Shown piece by piece: positions 12,946-24,353 of a DNA stretch of 58,039 nucleotides. Position 1 is the first letter of the stretch, and the number at the start of each line of letters is the position of its first letter. The position numbers and the translations under genes were made by a program. Under the pieces are notes generated by a model that had not been told where the DNA came from, searched no databases, and saw only the letters and a program-made list of their open reading frames with translations. The DNA comes from Chiloscyllium plagiosum (lineage: Eukaryota): the NCBI RefSeq assembly GCF_004010195.1, contig NC_057750.1:17137009-17195047 (forward strand), read 5' to 3'.

Positions 12946-13159
12946 TGTAGTGATTGTAATGAGATCAGTCAAGTGGACTTCAAAGAATATGGGTTCCCTG
13001 ATTGGGGCTGTTCACCTGGTCCAATCAGGGAGCCCTGGCTGACAGATATAAACACAAGTGTCAGACATTCTGCTCACTCTGACAGCAGGGCTCTGAGGAA
13101 GCCAGACCACTGTTAGGGTGACTTGGTGACGGGATACCGGCCACTGTGGAGTTATTTCA
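12946..13159 (+). repeat. 5' LTR of the Gypsy element
   Basis: TGTAGTGATTG...TATTTCA, with inverted CCAAT boxes (ccctgattgg/ccaatcaggg) and a TATA-like gatataaa. Confidence 0.9.
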
Positions 13160-13243
13160 GTGGTGATGAGAGAAAAACATACACACCTGAAGAAATTTGC
13201 TTGCAACAAACATTTTTGAGTTGGGGTAAGCATTTCTGGCATT

Positions 13244-14270
13244 GTGCCATTATTTGGGAAGCTTGACTTGTTCGATCCTGCCATTAAAGACCGGACCCCG
13301 TATGTGGAAAGAATGTGTTAGCTTTTCTAGGCAAATGACACCGGGGCAGATGAAAAGTAACAAGTAATTCTCCCCTTCAGCTCACAGGTCCACAGCTTTT
13401 TTGATTATTAACATTTCCTGAGGGACCAGATACTGAAAGCTTTCACGAGTTGATGGATTTAGTTGAGGAATATTATGATCCCAAGCCTACACTAAGTCTG
13501 AGACACTGTTGGTTTTACTCAGCAGTTCGAGAACCAGGAGAATCTGTGCCAGGATTTTTGACGAGGTTAAGAGGGCTAGCAGAGTCATGTGACTTGCGTT
13601 TAACTCTTGATAAGATGCTGAGAGACTGTTTGGTATGTGGGATTAATGAGGTAACCATGCAAAAGCACCTACTAGCTGAAACCCAACTGGACTTCAAACA
13701 CTGGATTTGTCTTTAAAAAATGCAGCAAGTGGAGTGTATGAGTTACCGGGTATGCAGATGGAAGTGTACACCCTTGTCAGGCCGACTGAGCTTGGGGGAC
13801 ACCAGCTGAGTGAAGGCAATTGCATAGCCTCACTCAGGGCATGTCCTGAACAGAGGTTAACCCACAGCAAAACCCCTAAACAAAGCCACGCCTCGGCAAA
13901 ATTGTTAATATTTATTCAGGATCTGAGCCGGCAAGCCACTGTAGTTGCAGCCAATATGCAGACTCAAGATAGCAAAAGAGTCTCACTAGGCCTGCAATGA
14001 GTAAGAGAAGTCATAGACCTGTATCCAGGAGAGTGCACACCCTGGATGGAGCCCACCTCCATCTAGCTTGGAACAGTTAAATTGCTTAGCAACATTCAAA
14101 TCAGAATTAATCAAAATAAATGTCTGTTTAAATGCTCACCCGGGTCTAATGGAGGTGGATTCTGGCACAGCTGTATCAGTCATTGCAAAACCACTCTTGT
14201 GTAAGACCTCGGATGGACTGAGAACCTATACGAGGGAACGTTTACAGATAAAGGCTACAACTTCAGGTTG
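13244..14270 (+). pseudogene. Gypsy gag and aspartic protease remnant
   Basis: REPGESVPGFLTRLRGLAESCD...MLRDCLVCGIN (gag) and MEVDSGTAVSVI (protease D[ST]G motif). Contains stops and frameshifts. Confidence 0.85.
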
Positions 14271-14289
14271 AATTTAGCAGCAGGCACTC

Positions 14290-15500
14290 ATTCTAAGCAA
14301 TTTCAATTACAAGTGGGAACACTGTCTAGGAGGCCAATTAGCAAATGTGAATGCCTTGAGCTGCCTCCCACAGGCAGGTACATCACCAATAGTGCTGCCA
14401 CTAGAAGAGTCCATTCTGGTTTTAAACTTTCTGGACAACCTTCTAGTTCACCACTGACAATATAAGACTGTGGACACAAAAAAGATCCAGCCCTGGAAAC
14501 ACTATAACAGCTGGTGGTGCTGGGGTAAATAAAAGGGCCATCACAGCCAGAACTGAAACCTTTCTGGATCCGAGACTAGATCACTGTAGAGGACAGCATT
14601 TTATTAGCGGGAGGAAGAGTGATTGTCCTGAGCAAATGTCGCCACCAGATACTGGCTGAACTCCACCAGGGGTCTTCAAAATGAAGATGTTGGCAAGAGA
14701 TTATGTCATCTGGCTAGGATTTGGATGTAGACTTAGCCATATTGGTGGGGCTGTGCCCACAGTGCCAACAATGTCAAAAATTACAATCAGCAGCTCCCCT
14801 ACTTTCATGGGAATGGCCGGATAAACCCTACATCAGTTACACATCGACTATGCTGGCCCTTGCATGGTCTGAATATTCTTGTTCATTGTGGATGCCCAGT
14901 CAAAGTGGTTGGACGTGCATAGAGTTCATTTGTCGAACACGGAGAGAACGATAGAAACGCTGCAAGCATCTTTTGCAATACCTGTGCATCTGAACGTGTT
15001 GGTCACAGACAATGGGCCATTATTTAATGTCAGGGAATTCAACTCTTTTCTAAAGTCAAGTGCCATTTGGCATATAAGTACAGCTCCATACCATCCAATG
15101 TCCCATGGTCTGATGGAAAGACCTATCTAAACCTTGAAGGCAGGTTTAAAGAGACAGCCTACAATTTCAATCAATACCATACTGCCACAGTTCCTAATTT
15201 CTTATTGGACCACACCTGATGCAACTACAGGGATAGCTCCATAAATCTGATCTTCCCAAACCTGCGGGTGAGAGTGAAATGGCATCAGGAATGCCAATGC
15301 TGGTCACAAGATTCCCTTAAGCAAAACATTTACTCCAGGGGACAATATTTGGTGCCAAAACCATGGAAATGGCCCTGCATGGGTAAGAGGCATTGTTGAA
15401 GTGAGGTCAGGTTCCATGACATACAAAGTTCGGGTAGGTGAGGCAGTCCTGAACAAGCACGTGGATCACATAAAAGCTGCAACTCACAAACAGAGCAGAA
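14290..15500 (+). pseudogene. Gypsy RNase H C-terminal stub and integrase remnant
   Basis: ANVNALSCLP (RNase H end), then CPQCQQCQK..WEWPDKP, IVDAQSKWLDV, LVTDNGPLF and TAPYHPMSHGLMER (integrase zinc finger and DDE core). Confidence 0.88.
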
Positions 15501-15902
15501 TCAAAACGTACCTGGCACCTCAGAGCAACTGGAAAGGCTGTCAGAACCCATGGGTTCTCCCCTCTGTCTAGCACCAAATGAACCTCAGAATCTGAGGTGG
15601 AGATGGCAGATGTTGCAGCCTCAATGCTTTTACCACCTGAAGAAAATGATGAATTTCTCCTGAGAGCCTCTGGCCACAAGAGGCGGGCTTTGGGCAGATG
15701 CACACTGGCAGTCTGAGGGACCGGACCCAGTGTGAAAACACCCCGGAGAGGCCATAAGAAAAAAGAACAGGCACTGGACTTAGATGGGGTGGGATGTAGC
15801 GATTGTAACAAGGTCAGCTAGGTGGACCTCATAGAGTATGAGTTTTCTGATTAGAGCTGTTAACTTGGTCCAATCAGGGAGCCCTGGCTGATATAAACAG
15901 GT

Positions 15903-16134
15903 GTACACGCAGCGTTACCCTTTGATGTAAAGGGTACTGCTTGTCACTGGCCACTTGGGTGTTTCCTTTCTTCCTGGTGGTGGAAATTTGAATAAAGATT
16001 TGTGCACCTTGTGTCTTTCACTGTGTCTCACATCTGCGCACACACAACATGGGTGCTGGGGAAAAAATAAGCACTACCGCAGTTAGGTGGTAGTGTGGGG
16101 GTAAATTTAAAAAGAAAAAAAGAAAGGTAAAAAA
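15903..16134 (+). mobile_element. Short A-tailed retro-insert (probable non-LTR element 3' UTR), copy 1
   Basis: Absent from the other LTR copies. Contains two hairpins, an AATAAA and an A-rich tail. Flanked by ATAAAC(A/T)GG. Confidence 0.65.
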
Positions 16135-16240
16135 ATAAACTGGAGTGTCAGAGGTTCTGCTCATCCTGAGAGCTGGCTCTGAGGGAGCTGGACCAGTGTG
16201 TGCAAGGAAGAAAAAAAATTAAAAAAAATAAATAGGTGTA

Positions 16241-16388
16241 CACACAGCATTGCCCTTTGATGTGAAGGGCACTGCTTGTCACTGGCCACTTGGGTGTTTC
16301 TTTTCTTCCTGGTGGTGGAAATTGAATAAAGATTCGTGCACTTTGTGTCTTTCACTGTGTCTTACACCTGCACACACACAAAATTAAT
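16241..16388 (+). mobile_element. Same retro-insert, copy 2 (3'-shortened)
   Basis: Highly similar to copy 1. Flanked by the exact 14-bp direct repeat AATAAATAGGTGTA (16227-16240 / 16389-16402). Confidence 0.65.
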
Positions 16389-17249
16389 AATAAATAGGTG
16401 TATCAGAGGTTCTTTACTCTGAAAGTTGACTGGCTGGATCAGTGTCAAGTACTATGCACATGTAAATAAAGGGTGACTTAGTGATGGGATACCGGCCTCT
16501 GCTGACCTATTTCAGAAACCAGAGCAAGTGAGCAGATTCAGCTCCATATTGGAAACTGAGCATGAAACATGGGTACCAGTCACACACACCCCACATCTAC
16601 TGGAATTGGCATCCAATATGTCCCAGCCTGTAAGAACCCTTGTGGCACATCTCTAATCTACTTACAAGACATGTTTGCAGTTCAGTGCTGCACCTCAGAC
16701 TGAACCAGCAACTACCATTGTAATGCTGCAGCAAGGACACTGTGCAATTGTCGGGCGTTTCCGATTGTTTCATCATCTTTCAGCCTTATTGGGCTCACTT
16801 ATTTGCAGTCGAAGGTCTGAGCTGACTTTTATGATTCATACTGTAGGATGATGAATAATCCAATTGTTACAGGCTTTAGAAGAAAGGAAGCATCAGTAAA
16901 CAATATAAAATGTGAATGTGGTCAAATGTATAAATTAAGTTGAAGCAAGTTCTGTGCTGAATGTATTCGGAGGACAGTGAATTGAGTAATGCTTGTAGAA
17001 GCTGGGGCAAAGAGGGTTAGTGCAGCACCACAGTGTGCCACGTAATTATAGGTTGTGGGTTTGCAGCCATAAATTCACTCTCCAGCAAGTTCTGACTTTC
17101 AACATGATCATTATGAGCCCACTGGAAGCTAATTACATGCTTTCTGATTTAGAATGTAGAGCAGGATGTGAAGAGAATGCCGTACCAGAATGTAGAATTC
17201 TGTAACTATACTTTGAAAAATAGTTTTAATGGAGTTACACAAATTTTCC

Positions 17250-18200
17250 ATTTGGATTTTGGGCTGATCACCGACACTTTGTGAATTTCCAATCTATGCC
17301 AAGTTATAAGGAGACCAAGGGAGATCAAAACAATAATTGTACACAGGATACTCTTGTGCATCTCCTTGAAGCTGGACACAAACCTGGGATGAAGGAAATT
17401 GTTGTACAAGGGAAGTTAGGGCCAATAGTCCTTGGAATTTTGAAAATTGAGAAGTGATCTTTTAAAACAAATATAAAATTCTGTGGGGACTTGACAGGAC
17501 AAATGCTGAGATTATGTTCCCTTCATGGGGGAGAAGTAGAACTGGGGACACAGTTAAAAAAAGACAACTTATCTAAGAAATGAACAGGAATTCCTTCTCT
17601 CAGAGAGTCATTAATCTTTGAAATTTTCTACTTCTGAGACCTGTGGAGACTTGAATATTTTTAAGGCTGAATTAGATTTTTATCCAGGATTATGAGTTGG
17701 GAGGTTTGCTGGCAGGAAAGTTAAAGTCACAATCAAAGCAGCCATGATCCTGTTGAAGGCCAGAGCAGGCTTGATAGGCTGAATGGTTATTCCTACTCCT
17801 GTTCTGTATGATCTTAGAAGATGTCTGTGGAAAGATTGCCAATGGCCTCTCTCAACTAACTCCATCAATGTATCCTTTTAGTCCTCACACCCACACGCAT
17901 TTGTTCAATTTCCTCTGACACGTGTCCATAGTAATTATCTCAACATTGTAGATGTTGTAGGGAATTCCACATTCTCACCACTCTCAGTAGAATCATTTCT
18001 CATGAATTCCTTATAGGATGTTTTAGTGACAATCTTACCTATGTCCCTTGTTTTGATCTCATATTTTCTCTATGTATCTAGTCTCAAACTCCTTTATAAT
18101 TATAATGACTTTTATCAGGTCACATCTCAGTCTTCCCTTTCACTGAAAGAACCTTCAGTGTGTTCTGATAGTTCTGATAGTGCGGTATCATCTTTGTAAA
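17250..18200. mobile_element. Two old CR1 3' fragments in tail-to-tail orientation
   Basis: A plus-strand tail ends ...gaatggttattcctactcctgttctgtatgatct (~17813). A minus-strand CR1 3' fragment follows. Confidence 0.6.
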
Positions 18201-19109
18201 CATTATAAGACCTTTTTTCACAGATTGCAAAATTTATATATATTTCAACACATAAAGACTTCAGAAATTTAACTATGTTGACCAACAGTCCAATTCCCTA
18301 AGGATCCAATGGAAACATTTCAAGAGCAAAAGATTTCAGCAGATATTATTTTTAGTCTGTTTGAACAGGTTTATGTGGAGTGTAATTGATCCGCCTTATA
18401 TTGTTATTGTCCTGAAATCCTGATATCTTCTCCTGTAATTCATTCTATTCTCAGGATTTTAAAAGTGTGAGAATTCTTACTTCTTTCAATCTATCCTTCT
18501 GACACTTTATAATTTGAAGCTTGCTGTTACACAGTCATTACTACATGATTTGCTTCTTGCTGTTTGTCCTTTACAATCTTGGTAGTGCCCTACTGTGTAG
18601 TCTTAGTTTCTTGATAAATAATAGAATATTGGTAATGGTAACACCAACACATCTATACCTAGTAATAATAATATATGATGAATAAAAGAGAGTGAGGGCA
18701 AACATTTGTTTCTCATTCTTTATAAGCGTTGTTCTTATTTCTTCACAATTTTTTTCATCCTTTCCCCTTGCATAGCTACATTTTGGTAGGCCCCTCCTGG
18801 TATTTCACCCATGTACTGGCAGTGAGCAGTACCAGCTAATTTAGTTAATTGAAATGTGCCCTGCTTGTGAGAGTCTACAGCCACGCATTGGATTTATTAG
18901 CAATCTCAGTACTCATTAAACCCGAGTGAAAGTGTTATCGTTAATCCCAAAGGACAGCCTAAGAAGAAGAAACCCATTAGATAACAAAGTGATTAATTGC
19001 AGAAGTCTGATGAGAACCATTCCAGTGAAGTAACCTACTCAAAGATTAGTCCTTCTGTTAGACTCCTCAAAGTATCTCCATACAGATTCAAGTCAGTTGT
19101 GTTGTATTT

Positions 19110-19203
19110 TTCTGATGAAGGGTCACTGGAATCAAAATGTAACTCTGCTTTATCGCCATAGATGCTGCCAAACCTGCTGAGTTTCTCCAACAATTTCTGT
19201 TCT
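19110..19203 (+). mobile_element. Penelope-like pLTR fragment
   Basis: tctgatgaagggtcactgg...gatgctgccaaacctgctgagtttctcc. Confidence 0.6.
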
Positions 19204-20049
19204 TAATAATTACATGGGTGTAATTGCAACAACACTGTGTAACCCCGATGTCATATAAATCAAGTCAGTTTGCTGTTCAATTCCTGCTTCTGGACAGGAG
19301 AGAGGCAGTCAGAGGCCCCAGTCTACATTTCCTGATTGTTATCTCCATGGATTTCAGTGAGAACAAAATATAATGGTTCTTGCTATCATCAATTTACACT
19401 ATTAAACAAGACTTAGCCCAGTAACCGTCTCAGTACGAACCACATCTCCTGAATCAATACAAAGCCAACTTGTTTAAGGAACTGCTATATTTTTCCAAGA
19501 TTTATTGTCTTGTTTTGAGATTTCTGGTATTTGGAAATTCTCCTTCAGTGGTAAACCAATGAGTGGGGAATGGGAATGAGATAAAATCACAATAGAGTTG
19601 ACAATAGATTGGATAAATAATTATACATTCTTCTTATTAAAAAAAATTTCAAAAATAATTAATATGATAAAAATGCAGCGGAGAGTAAAGAATATGAGTT
19701 TGGTGATAAGGCTAAAGAAAAGTTAAGATGCATTGTTGAGAGAATACTGAAAGTTGCTGTGACACTAGAAATATACCCAGACATTGATGCTCACTATAAT
19801 TTCCAGGAGCAGTAACAGGGAGAAGATAGACAAACAGACAATGCTCAATGTTTTAACCCAAACATTAATTACAGAAAGTGGTATTTTAAATAAAAATGAA
19901 TCTTTTTTATAAATCAAAAACTTACTATATTCTCACTACTTCAAGTTTCACATCTAACTAACAAGTTTTCTTTGTCACTGAATGCCTCACATCTGCGAAC
20001 TGTGAATAGTACTGGTTAAAAATTCAGAGCCTGAGAATTATATTAATAT

Positions 20050-20980
20050 TTACAACATCAGCTTATACTTATAGAGTGCCTTTAATAGAAGAAAATATCC
20101 TAATGTGCTTCATAGGACCACTATTTAAGTATGATAATAAGCCACACAAAGAGATGCAAATGAGATGACCAAGACTTCATCAAAGTGTTTAGATTTTAAG
20201 AAGTGTCTTAAATGTGAAAAACAAGAGAAAGAGGTGGAGTGATTTAGAGAGGGAATTCCAGAGCTTAGGAGTACACAATTGAAGACATGACCAATAAAGT
20301 TGCAGTAATTAACACTGGGAATGCTCAAGAGGCCATAATTAGAGCATCACAGAGAGTATTGCAGTTAAAGAGATTACTGAGGTAGGGAAGTTCAAGGCAT
20401 AGAAGCTTTTGACACAAGGTTAAAAATTCTAAAATCAAGATTATACATGACTGGGAGTGAAGTAGGTTGGTTCATGCAGGGTGATGTGAACAGGACTTGG
20501 TGTGAGTTGACCAGGCACAGCAGAACATTGGATGAGATAAAGTTTACAGCAGATAAAAGACCAGACAAGAATACATTATTTGGAGATGCTGATGTTGGAA
20601 TGGGGTGTACAAAGTTAAAAATCACACAACACCAGGGTATAGTCCAACAGGTTTAATTGGAAGCACTAGCTTTCAGAATGCTGCTCCTTCATCAGGTGGT
20701 TGTCATTGAAACATTGGAACAGTCAAATCTAGAGATACTGAAGGCATGAATGAGGGATTCAGCAACAAATGAGCAGCGATAGAGGCAAAATCAGACCATG
20801 TCATTGAGGTGGAAATAGGCAATCTTATTGATGGCCACAATATAAGTCTGGAAGCTCAGAGCCAAATTATATGTTCATATAAACAGACTGATTCAGTCTT
20901 AGACAGTTGCCAGGCAGAAGGTTTGTTTCAGTAGCGAGGGAACAACATTTGGAGCAGGAACTGAAGACATTGGCTGACCA
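20050..20980 (-). mobile_element. L2-type LINE 3' remnant with a nested Penelope pLTR fragment (~20582-20702)
   Basis: Resembles the reverse complement of an L2 3' end (gagggaattccagagcttagg...). The nested piece reads cctgatgaaggagcagcattctgaaagctag on the minus strand. Confidence 0.6.
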
Positions 20981-21089
20981 ACAGTCAGACCTTTAAATAT
21001 CACAGATTATTTTTATATAGTGAGCTAGCCTAGCTACCCAATCTTGTCAACCTGAAACCTGTCCTAGAAACCCTTATGGGAAGTGAAGG

Positions 21090-22050
21090 TACTTTTAATT
21101 TAAAAGCAGCGTTGATGACACTTTCCGTCACTTCATTGATGATCAAGAATCGATTGTTGGGGCGATAATTGGTCAGATTGGATTTGTCCTCCTTTTTGTA
21201 TACAGGAAATACCTGGGCAATTTTCCTCATTGTGGGTAAATGCCAGTGTGGCAGCTATACTGCAATAGGGTAGCAACATACTCAGGAACATAAGTCTTTG
21301 GTACTACTGCCAGAATGTTGTCAGGACCCATGGCCTTTGCAGTATTCACTGACGGCAAGCAATTCTTGGTTTCAGATAGAGTGAATTGAATTAGCTGAAG
21401 ACTGGCATCTGTGATGCTGGAGACCACTGGAGGAGGCTGTGATGGATCATCCACTGAGTACTTCTGGCTAAAGATTACTGCATTTTACACTAAAGTGTTG
21501 GTCTCTTCCATCATTGAGGATGGGGATATTTGTGGAGCCTCCTCTTTTAGGGGATTGTTTAATTGTTCACCATCATTCAAGACTAGATGCGACAGGAGAA
21601 TAGTGCTGCTGCTAACACCCTACAGCACCTCCTAGATGCCCAGTCTTGAGTTGTTAAATTTGTTCAGAGTTTGTCCCATTTAGCATGGTGATAGTGCTAC
21701 ACAATACAAAGCAAGATATTCTCAATGTGAAGACGAGACTTTGTCTCCAGAAGGACTATGTGGTGGTCGTTCTTACTGATATTGTCATAGACAGATGCTT
21801 CTGCAGCCTGCAAATTGGTAAGGATGAGGTCAAGTATGTTTTCCTCTCCCCAACCTGCCGCAGACCCGGTCAAGCAGTTACATCCTTTAGGACCTGAGCA
21901 GCTTGATCAGTAATACTGCGGCCAAGCCACTCTTGGTGGTGGATATTGAAATTCCTCACCCAGAGTACATTTTGCGTCATTTTCATCCTCAGTGCTTCCT
22001 CCAATTATTGTTTAATGTGAAGTAGTACTGATTGATCATCTAATGGAGGC
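21090..22050 (-). mobile_element. CR1/L2-group LINE ORF2 remnant (second family)
   Basis: TAKAMGPDNILAVV and KIAQVFPVYKKEDKSNLTNYRP (RT N-terminal motifs). Confidence 0.8.
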
Positions 22051-22463
22051 TCACACAACCTCTCACTTTGGCAATAGCAGAAGCGAACATCTTTAATTTG
22101 CTTGGTGCCATACTTTAACTTCTAAATGGGAAATTCCTGCCACAAGATACAGAAGCAAGGAAGTCATCAATTACATTTTATAAAAATAATCTCATTTGGC
22201 CTCAATTGGAGTATTGTATCTGGTTCTCTGCAGTACACTTTAGTAGAGTTAGAGCCCTTATTGGTTTTTCTTTTTTTTAAAATCAATTTTGGTTTGGAGC
22301 TGTGAACTGGGAATTGTGAGCTGAAGATGACTTGTAAACTTTGTGAAACAGATTGTGGTAAGTGGAAAAGAGTAGACCAAACAAGTGCTTGTTTGTTTGT
22401 GAGGCCATGCCTGAAGTTAATTGCAGGCTGATTCTTTATTAAATTGGCTCCTACAGACATAGC

Positions 22464-22674
22464 TCAAAAATGTGTTGCTGGAAAAGCGCAGCAGGTCAGG
22501 CAGCATCCAAGGAGAAGGAGAATCACGTTTTGGGCATAAGCCCTTCTTCTTCCTGAAGAAGGGCTTATGCCCGAAACGTCGATTCTCCTTCTTCTTGGAT
22601 GCTGCCTGACCTGCTGCGCTTTTCCAGCAACACATTTTTAAGCTCTGATCTCCAGCATCTGCAGTCCTCACTTT
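22464..22674. mobile_element. Hairpin (inverted) Penelope-pLTR insertion
   Basis: Inverted arms of ~85 bp. Flanking 16-bp direct repeat CTCCTACAGACATAGC (22448-22463 / 22675-22690). Confidence 0.85.
22553..22580 (+). ncRNA. Minimal hammerhead ribozyme core in a Penelope pLTR
   Basis: CUGAAGA-a-GGGC(UUAU)GCCC-GAAA-C-GUC. Minimal hammerheads are an established feature of Penelope-like pLTRs. Confidence 0.6.
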
Positions 22675-23208
22675 CTCCTACAGACATAGCAGACTCCAGA
22701 AAGAACATTGTGTTTAAACAGATAGGATAAATTGGCAATTAACAGGGTCAGTACTTGCGAATTGGTTCTGGCAATCTGGAAGAGCCCCTATATTTAAGCA
22801 GATGGCTGATGTTAAATGGTAATTGAGGCCTCAGTAAAAGGCAGTAGGTCTATCAGATGGAATGAGAGTTGCATTTGTTTCTTTCAAACTGTGTTTTCGG
22901 AGATGAGTTTGGCTGCTGGTGACATTGTATGAAGATTTGAAAGCTTCCTGCCTAATCTCCCACAGAGGCTGTCAGAAGTCCAAAGAGTAGATGGCTGAAT
23001 TGGAAGTATTATAGCCTTTACCTCAGTGAACTGAAAGATGACCTTGGTCAACGTCTGCAGAAAAGCAATCAAGAAGTCCTCATCTATGTTTATGAAACAA
23101 CATATTATAAAAAACATTCAAGAAATCTGACCAGTTTTTGTTATTATCTTTATTTATCCCTTAACTGTATTTATCTGTCTTTTTGTCTGCCTTTTGTGTG
23201 AATGAAGG

Positions 23209-23413
23209 TAGCCAAGCAGGAGGATGGAAGAGCACAGCAAGCCAGGCAGCGTCAGGAGGTGGAGAAGTCAACATTTTGGATATGACCCTTCTTAAGGAGG
23301 GTTACACCCGAAATGTGGACTTCTCCACCCTCTGATGCTGCCTGGCTTGCTGTGCTCTTCCATCCTCCTGCTTGTCTATCTTGGATTCCAACATCTGCAG
23401 TTTTTTTTTGTCT
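23209..23413. mobile_element. Hairpin Penelope-pLTR insertion (different subfamily)
   Basis: Inverted arms caagcaggaggatggaagagcacagcaagccaggcagc / gctgcctggcttgctgtgctcttccatcctcctgcttg. TSD of 18 bp, CTTTTGTGTGAATGAAGG (23191-23208 / 23414-23431). Confidence 0.8.
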
Positions 23414-23708
23414 CTTTTGTGTGAATGAAGGCTGAAAATAAATGTTTCATGTTTAAAAAGCATACACATTAATTAGATTACCTTGTGGTTTAGTTTTTCT
23501 CTTCTAACATTATTGTGTATTTAATAAATTGTTGTCTTATGTTTAAGATACAAAGTTGGTGCCTGGAATTAATTATTTGCAAAGTCTGGTGTTGATTACT
23601 CTAAAGTCGGATTAGGAACCATTGAAGTGGCTATTTGGGGTTATTCCATGGTTTTAATTTTACCATGTTGCAAACAGAGAAGTAGAAAGGCTGATTCCTC
23701 CTCTATAC

Positions 23709-24353
23709 TACCCCGTTAACCAGGACCTAGAATTGTGACCTTCCTTGGAACGCCCCATTAACCAGGACCTGGCATTGTGACCTCCTTTGTACAATCCCAT
23801 TAACCAGGACCTGGCATTGTGATCTCCCTTGTACCGCCCCATTAACCAGGACCTGGCATTGTGATCTCCTTTGTACCATCCCATTAACCAGAACGTGGCA
23901 TTGTGATCTCCCTTGTACCGCCCCATTAACCAGGACCTGGCATTGTGACCCTCTTTGTACCATCCCATTAACCAGGACCTGGCGTTGTGACATCCTTTGT
24001 ACAATCCCATTAACCAGGACCTGGCATTGTGACCTCCCTTGTACCGCCCCATTAACCAGGACCTGGCATTGTGACCTCCTTTGTACCATCCCATTAACCA
24101 GGACCTGGCATTGTGACCTCCCTTGTACCACCCCATTAACCAGGACCTGGCATTGTGACCTCTTTTGTACCACCCCATTAACCAGGACCTGGCATTGTGA
24201 CCTCCTCCATGCCACCCCATTAACCAAGGCCTGGAATTGTGACCTCCCTTGTACCGTCCAATTAACCAGGACCTGGCATTGTGACCTCCCTTTTACCGCC
24301 CCATTAACCAGGACCTGGCGTTGTGACCTCCTTTGTACTGCCTCATTAACCAG
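23709..24353. repeat. 42-bp minisatellite, ~15 copies
   Basis: Unit accaggacctggcattgtgacctcccttgtaccgccccatta. The 42-bp period is directly countable (23719, 23761, ...). Confidence 0.95.

Larger units (their letters stand above)
12946..16514 (+). mobile_element. Gypsy (Ty3-like) LTR retrotransposon, decayed, RT deleted
   Basis: Two homologous TG..CA LTRs and an exact 5-bp TSD GAAAC (12941-12945 / 16515-16519). A PBS-like gtggtgatgag follows the 5' LTR and a purine tract lies at 15782-15794. Gag, protease and integrase remnants are in Gypsy order. Confidence 0.92.
15795..16514 (+). repeat. 3' LTR of the Gypsy element, expanded by two inserts and a partial duplication
   Basis: TGTAGCGATTG...TATTTCA, homologous to the 5' LTR. 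Extra segments lie at ~15903-16134 and ~16241-16388. Confidence 0.88.
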
